Shown one piece after another: positions 58,755 through 64,000 of a DNA stretch of 64,000 nucleotides. Position 1 is the first letter of the stretch, and the number at the start of each line of letters is the position of its first letter. The notes below the pieces were generated by a model. The model did not search any database, was not told the DNA's origin, and was given only the letters and a program-made list of their open reading frames with translations. The position numbers and the translations under genes were made by a program. Source of the DNA: an uncultured virus (IMG/VR IMGVR_UViG_3300010885_030646) (lineage: Duplodnaviria > Heunggongvirae > Uroviricota > Caudoviricetes); the IMG/VR virus record IMGVR_UViG_3300010885_030646, positions 1 through 64,000 of that record; one strand, given 5' to 3'.

Positions 58755-59747
58755 GTGGCAACATCTAAACGAACAGCATCCACACTGGATCCGTCGAAAT
58801 CAATATCATCAACACCCACTGCACCAAAAGTAAACTATCTCAACAACAGAGACATTCTCAAAGAGATACACGCCAGTAAAAACACCTACTGCTACTACGC
58901 GGATCCCGCAGTAGACAGTCAATACGACATTATTTTGCCCGGACTGGACAAAATTAACCAGCGCACCATTGCTGAAGCCCGACGCAATCGTGCTGACCGA
59001 CTCAAACGTGAAGGCACCATTGTGGACCCTGTGAAGATTCCCAATACAGACCTGGTGTTCCGTATCACCTGCTGGGATCATATCCCAATGGCCGAGAAAA
59101 AGATTCCCAAGTCTGCACAGAAGAAAAAACAGAAAATTGAAGATCTGCTGGAGTTTGAAGACGAGCCCATTGATGATTCCCTGGACGAACTGCTGGACGA
59201 CGTGGTGCTGAACCCGGTGCGTCAGCGACTGAACTTTCCTCCATTTGAACATTGGCGATTAGATGAAAACAAGGAACGGTTCCGTGTGGGTCGTAGTCAC
59301 TGGCGGGGTGATTTAGAAACTGGCTACTTCAGTCGAGATCACGGCGACATGACACGTAAGTTGGCACACATGTTTATGAAGCTGTGCGAAAGATATGCTA
59401 CCAGGAGTAATTGGCGTGGATACACATACAACGAAGAAATGCGAGGACAGGCCTTGCTACAACTCAGTCAGATCGGACTACAGTTCGATGAATCAAAATC
59501 GCAGAATCCTTTTGCGTATTACACTGCCGCTATTACTAACAGCTTTACTCGCATCCTTAATTTAGAAAAGAAAAGTCAGAACATCCGTGATGACATCTTG
59601 GAGATCAACGGACTCAGTCCGTCATGGACCAGACAAAATGCCGGAAAGGCCAGCATGGCCGCATTAAGTGGACCTGTTACCATTACCACTTACATTGTGG
59701 ATAAGCCGGTAGAAGCAGTTGAATCGGATTCGGTTAACCCTGTGTAA
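58755..59747 (+). CDS. gp55: Late-transcription sigma factor, T4 gp55-like
   Basis: NYLNNRDILKEI, MFMKLCERYATRSNWRGYTYNEEM, FDESKSQNPFAYYTAAITNSFTRILNLEKK. Synteny with gp47/gp46. Confidence 0.88.
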   Translation: MATSKRTASTLDPSKSISSTPTAPKVNYLNNRDILKEIHASKNTYCYYADPAVDSQYDIILPGLDKINQRTIAEARRNRADRLKREGTIVDPVKIPNTDLVFRITCWDHIPMAEKKIPKSAQKKKQKIEDLLEFEDEPIDDSLDELLDDVVLNPVRQRLNFPPFEHWRLDENKERFRVGRSHWRGDLETGYFSRDHGDMTRKLAHMFMKLCERYATRSNWRGYTYNEEMRGQALLQLSQIGLQFDESKSQNPFAYYTAAITNSFTRILNLEKKSQNIRDDILEINGLSPSWTRQNAGKASMAALSGPVTITTYIVDKPVEAVESDSVNPV

Positions 59748-59759
59748 TTTTACAAACTC

Positions 59760-60647
59760 ATGACCATTGCCATTGCGTTTAACGGCGGGGGGTACGGTAC
59801 CTATCTTGAGTGGGTACTGACCACCCTTGCTACCGGCATTCCTATTACGGCTCCGTTTGGCATAAACGGAAACAGTCACCGGTTTTATGGAAATCATGCA
59901 AATGACATACATTCCTCTCTGTGGAAAGCAGTTGCCAGCAAAGAAAAGTCTTGTTTGTTTGTTCGACTCCACCCAAAAACACACCAACACGAAGTACTAG
60001 ATAATAATTTAAATCAAATTTTGGATGTTGCAGAAAAAGTTATCTATTTGTATCCTGATTCAGATTCAGTACTGTTAAATATAAACAACTTCTATTCAAA
60101 AATTTGGAAGGAGTGGTGGAGTGTGCGGTTATCAGATCCAGTATTTGCCGACAACTTGTACAGTAATTGGCCGGTCAATAGAGATACCCCGGTTACTCAG
60201 ATACCAATCTGGATCAAGAGAGAAATACTCAGTTTTAATTTGATGCCATCCTGGTTTGATCAAGTTGAATGGTATCACCCAGGCCGATGGCATCATGCAC
60301 GATGTCAATTGGTATTGACCAACGAACTGCTGTACAATTTTGAATCAACTATACAGAAATTACAGAAGTTTTGCAATTTGGAATTCAAAAAGAACATCGC
60401 GGATCTTGTGCCCCTGCATGATACTATGCTATCACTACAACCGTATCTCTCCCAAGACCAGTTGTGTCACAACATAGTCAATCACACTTTGACCAATCAA
60501 CTGTTTGAATGGAGAGACATTCCGTTACCTAGCCAAAGTTGGGTACAATGGAAATTGAGAAAGTTGGGCTACGAGATTCGTTGCTATGGGCTTGACATGT
60601 TCCCAACAAATAGTGTACAATTACGAGAACTACTATATCCTGTATGA
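59760..60647 (+). CDS. Hypothetical protein (possible P-loop/sulfotransferase-like fold)
   Basis: N-terminal beta-strand followed by NGGGYGTYLEWVL. ATGA overlap with gp47. Confidence 0.6.
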   Translation: MTIAIAFNGGGYGTYLEWVLTTLATGIPITAPFGINGNSHRFYGNHANDIHSSLWKAVASKEKSCLFVRLHPKTHQHEVLDNNLNQILDVAEKVIYLYPDSDSVLLNINNFYSKIWKEWWSVRLSDPVFADNLYSNWPVNRDTPVTQIPIWIKREILSFNLMPSWFDQVEWYHPGRWHHARCQLVLTNELLYNFESTIQKLQKFCNLEFKKNIADLVPLHDTMLSLQPYLSQDQLCHNIVNHTLTNQLFEWRDIPLPSQSWVQWKLRKLGYEIRCYGLDMFPTNSVQLRELLYPV

Positions 60648-61657
60648 ATCTATTTAAAAAAGCTGCGGTCTTTACTGATATCCATTTTGGCCTTAAGTCA
60701 AACAGTGTGTTACACAATGAAGACTGCTTGAACTTTGTGAAATGGGCCACTGCCAAAGCCAAAAGTGAAGGTTGTGAAACCTGTTTGTTCCTAGGCGACT
60801 GGCACAACAATCGATCAAGTCTAAACATTGTCACACTAAACTACAGCCTGCGGGCACTGGAGCACATGAATGCTAATTTCGACCGTGTGTATTTTATCCC
60901 TGGTAATCACGACCTTTATTATCGTGACAAGCGCGATATACAGTCAGTTGAGTGGGCACGACACCTCCCTAATATTGAGATATGCAATGATTGGGTTTCT
61001 AGTGGCGACGTTGTTATCGCCCCTTGGTTGTGCGGAGATGATTATAAACGGATTCCTAAACTAAAAGGCAAATATATGTTTGGGCACTTTGAGTTGCCCG
61101 GCTACCTGATGAATGCCATGGTAGAAATGCCAGATCATGGTGAAGTACGTAGAGAAGACTTTGTAAACTTTGAGCATGTGTTTACCGGACACTTTCACAA
61201 ACGACAGACCAAAAAGAATATTACCTACATCGGCAACTGTTTCCCGCATAACTACGCTGATGCCAGCGATGATGAACGCGGCATGATGATTCTAGAGTGG
61301 GGACAGGAGCCAGAGTTTCATGCCTGGCCTGCGCAGCCAAGATATCGTGTGTTAGGACTCAGCAATGTGATTGACAATGCTGCCACTGTGCTAGCAAAAG
61401 ACATGCATGTTCGTGTACAATTAGACATTGAGATCTCATACGAAGAAGCTAACTTTATCAAAGAAACTTATATTAAAGACTACGGGCTAAGAGAAATGGC
61501 TCTTATTCCAAACAAGGCAGCCGGAGTCGACACAGACATGGCGCCAGGCGAAATAAAGTTTGAATCAGTTGATCAAATTGTAACAGATCAACTCACTAAC
61601 ATTGAATCTGAATTCTACGATCCAAAACTGTTGTTAAAAATATATCAAAACTTATGA
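60644..61657 (+). CDS. gp47: Recombination endonuclease subunit, gp47/Mre11/SbcD-like metallophosphoesterase
   Basis: FTDIHFG, FLGDWH, PGNHD, GHFE, TGHFH, YIGN. Confidence 0.93.
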   Translation: MNLFKKAAVFTDIHFGLKSNSVLHNEDCLNFVKWATAKAKSEGCETCLFLGDWHNNRSSLNIVTLNYSLRALEHMNANFDRVYFIPGNHDLYYRDKRDIQSVEWARHLPNIEICNDWVSSGDVVIAPWLCGDDYKRIPKLKGKYMFGHFELPGYLMNAMVEMPDHGEVRREDFVNFEHVFTGHFHKRQTKKNITYIGNCFPHNYADASDDERGMMILEWGQEPEFHAWPAQPRYRVLGLSNVIDNAATVLAKDMHVRVQLDIEISYEEANFIKETYIKDYGLREMALIPNKAAGVDTDMAPGEIKFESVDQIVTDQLTNIESEFYDPKLLLKIYQNL

Positions 61658-63231
61658 ATCAGTTTGACAAATCTATAGATCGTTTGCAAAAACTTTACGA
61701 TACTGCGGGACCGTTTTATCTGTCAGAGTTTTATCAGGCCGACGGAGACAAAAAATTATATAATTTTCTAACTTCTGTTTATCAGATCGAATACACCACT
61801 AATTTTCGAATTCTAATAGTCCAAGACTGCATAGATGTGTACGATTATGAAGACTTGCCAGGAAAAGCCATATGTACGTTACAACAATACGTTAGTCAGA
61901 TAGATATTAGCAATTTTTTTGTTGTAGTTGTAACTGGCAATAAAAACATAGACACCGAACTAGCGCAAGTACAAAAGTTGTATTCTACCGATGATTGTAA
62001 AATGCAAAGTCATATTGTCAACAATGTCAAATACACTGCAACTCATCAACAACAAGACACATTTTGTGTATTGCCATGGGTGCATTTATACGTTGGTCCC
62101 GACGGAAATGTGTTACCATGTTGTGTTGCTGATCAAAAATTTCCAATGGGTAATATCAATGATGCTTCGGTAGATGACATTTCAAAATCGTCTGTATTTA
62201 ATCTTCTACGAACAAACATGTTGACTGGCAAACGTAGTAAGGAATGCAACCGATGTTATATCCAAGAGGATGCTGGATTGATGAGTGCAAGACGATCTCA
62301 CAACGCTCAATGGTCTCAAAAAAAATTAAATATCGAATCTAGTGGAGTACTTAAAACGTTTGAGCCGGTTTATCTTGATATAAGATTGAACAATATCTGC
62401 AATCTCAAATGCAGAATGTGCAATGGCTATTTTAGCAGTGCTATTGCACAAGAAGAATCGAAGCTTTTTGGTAATCAACAATCATTAGATGCAAGCATGC
62501 AATCTGCACAAAAAGCACTAGCACTTGAAGAGATTATTAAATATTTGCCACAAGCAGAAAAAATATATTTTGCAGGTGGAGAACCATTGCTTGCTCTAGA
62601 ACATTACAAAATATTAGATGCATTAATTGAATGTGGCAATACTGACCTAGAAGTAACTTACAACACCAACTTTACTTCACTTGCATACAAAGATATTTCT
62701 GTCTTGGACTTATGGAAAAAATTCAGTCAAGTAAAAGTTGGAGCAAGTCTCGATGCAATAGGACGTGTAGCCGAATATGTCAGGCACGGAACCAAGTGGC
62801 CTACTATTGAATCTAACTTAGCATCTCTCAAACTACAGTGTCCTCATGTGAATTTTACCGTGACTTCAACTGTGGGATTTTTAAATATTTCCAGTTTAAT
62901 TGAGTTGCAAACAACATGGCATGAAAACAAAATTTTAGATATTTCAAAATTCTCAATACAAGCTATGATAGGACCAGATCACTTGACGCTAACAGTATTG
63001 CCAACCGAGCACAAAGACCGACTTGATTATAAAATAAAAAATCATATCAACTGGTGTTACCAAAATCAAGCAACTACTCTTGCGGCACAGTGGAAAAATG
63101 TGTTACAATACATGTGGAGTAAGGACTCTTCGCAGTTTCTATCTGAATTTAAAAGATTAACTAGATTAATGGATCAATTTAGAAACGAATCATTAAGTGT
63201 AGTATTACCAGAGTTTTCTAGTTTTATATGA
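61654..63231 (+). CDS. Radical SAM protein with Twitch-like domain (subgroup B) and an extra ~130-aa N-terminal domain
   Basis: CVLPW...VLPCC...CNRC, CNLKCRMC, AGGEPL, YNTNF, SLDAIG..AEYVRHG. Confidence 0.92.
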   Translation: MNQFDKSIDRLQKLYDTAGPFYLSEFYQADGDKKLYNFLTSVYQIEYTTNFRILIVQDCIDVYDYEDLPGKAICTLQQYVSQIDISNFFVVVVTGNKNIDTELAQVQKLYSTDDCKMQSHIVNNVKYTATHQQQDTFCVLPWVHLYVGPDGNVLPCCVADQKFPMGNINDASVDDISKSSVFNLLRTNMLTGKRSKECNRCYIQEDAGLMSARRSHNAQWSQKKLNIESSGVLKTFEPVYLDIRLNNICNLKCRMCNGYFSSAIAQEESKLFGNQQSLDASMQSAQKALALEEIIKYLPQAEKIYFAGGEPLLALEHYKILDALIECGNTDLEVTYNTNFTSLAYKDISVLDLWKKFSQVKVGASLDAIGRVAEYVRHGTKWPTIESNLASLKLQCPHVNFTVTSTVGFLNISSLIELQTTWHENKILDISKFSIQAMIGPDHLTLTVLPTEHKDRLDYKIKNHINWCYQNQATTLAAQWKNVLQYMWSKDSSQFLSEFKRLTRLMDQFRNESLSVVLPEFSSFI

Positions 63232-64000
63232 TCCATATTAAAAATTTAACTGTTAAGAACTTTATGAGTGTGGGCAATGCCACACAGGGTATTGACTTTG
63301 ACCGTAACGACCTTACATTGGTATTAGGCGAAAACTTAGACTTAGGTGGAGATGGATCACGCAACGGAACTGGCAAGACCACAATCATCAATGCCCTAAG
63401 TTATGCCTTGTATGGCCAAGCACTTTCAAACATCCGCAAAGACAATCTAGTAAACAAAACCAACGGCAAGAACATGCTTGTGAGTTTGGACTTTGTTGTA
63501 AATGGTCAAGAGTACAAGATCGAACGTGGTCGTAAACCAAATGTGCTACGATTTTATGTCAACAACGAAGCTCAAGCTGTCACAGATGAAGCACAAGGCG
63601 ACAGTCGTGAAACACAAGATGCTATCGAACGTGTGATGAATATGAGTCATGACATGTTCAAACATGTGTTGGCCTTGAACACCTACACTGAACCGTTCCT
63701 GAGTTTAAAAGCCAACGACCAACGCAACATCATTGAGCAGTTGTTGGGTATTACCCTACTAAGTGAACGTGCTGATGCCATCAAGGAACTCAATCGGCAG
63801 ACCAAAGACAGTATCTCGCAAGAAGAATTCCGTATACGGGCAGAACAAGAAGCCAACAAACGCATTGAAGAACAGATTGAAAGTTTGAAACGCAGGCAAG
63901 TGCTCTGGCAGAAGAAGTACGACAGTGATGTAGCGTACCTTGTGGCACAATATGATGATCTAGCCAAGATCAACATCGATGTTGAATTGCTAGCTCACAA
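63228..64000 (+). CDS. gp46: Recombination ATPase subunit, gp46/Rad50/SbcC-like, 3'-truncated by the window edge (not in ORF track)
   Basis: Hand translation MIHIKNLTVKNFMSVGN...LVLGEN...NGTGKTTIINALSYALYG (Walker A), followed by coiled coil. ATGA overlap with the upstream gene. Confidence 0.93.
   Translation, partial: MIHIKNLTVKNFMSVGNATQGIDFDRNDLTLVLGENLDLGGDGSRNGTGKTTIINALSYALYGQALSNIRKDNLVNKTNGKNMLVSLDFVVNGQEYKIERGRKPNVLRFYVNNEAQAVTDEAQGDSRETQDAIERVMNMSHDMFKHVLALNTYTEPFLSLKANDQRNIIEQLLGITLLSERADAIKELNRQTKDSISQEEFRIRAEQEANKRIEEQIESLKRRQVLWQKKYDSDVAYLVAQYDDLAKINIDVELLAH

Overview
This window is part of a large T4-superfamily-like (probably jumbo) myophage genome and has three blocks. (1) About 1-28,070 is a dense, translationally coupled biosynthetic island. 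It encodes two NAD-dependent epimerase/SDR-like proteins, a DegT-type aminotransferase, an amidinotransferase, a NodU/TobZ-type carbamoyltransferase and eight radical SAM enzymes, seven of them with an N-terminal Cys-rich Twitch-like module. It also encodes four paralogous TEK-motif (GT10-like) proteins, four GT-A-like proteins (one with tandem ~66-aa repeats), an SGNH-like hydrolase and an interrupted isochorismatase-like gene. (2) About 28,140-58,640 is a minus-strand late operon of virion genes with TAAATA late-promoter motifs: putative fibre proteins, a 4,855-aa giant structural protein, and gp6-, gp25-, gp5-, gp53- and gp48/54-like baseplate genes. (3) About 58,755-64,000 is the plus-strand gp55 (late sigma), gp47 and gp46 module, with two inserted genes, one of which is a ninth radical SAM. 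The best candidate for an undescribed system is the island. I infer it makes amino-, guanidino- and carbamoyl-decorated sugars (aminoglycoside-like chemistry) and transfers them to an unknown acceptor, most plausibly virion proteins. All calls come from motif recognition by eye; no searches were run. No tRNA, rRNA, CRISPR array or transposase was recognised.
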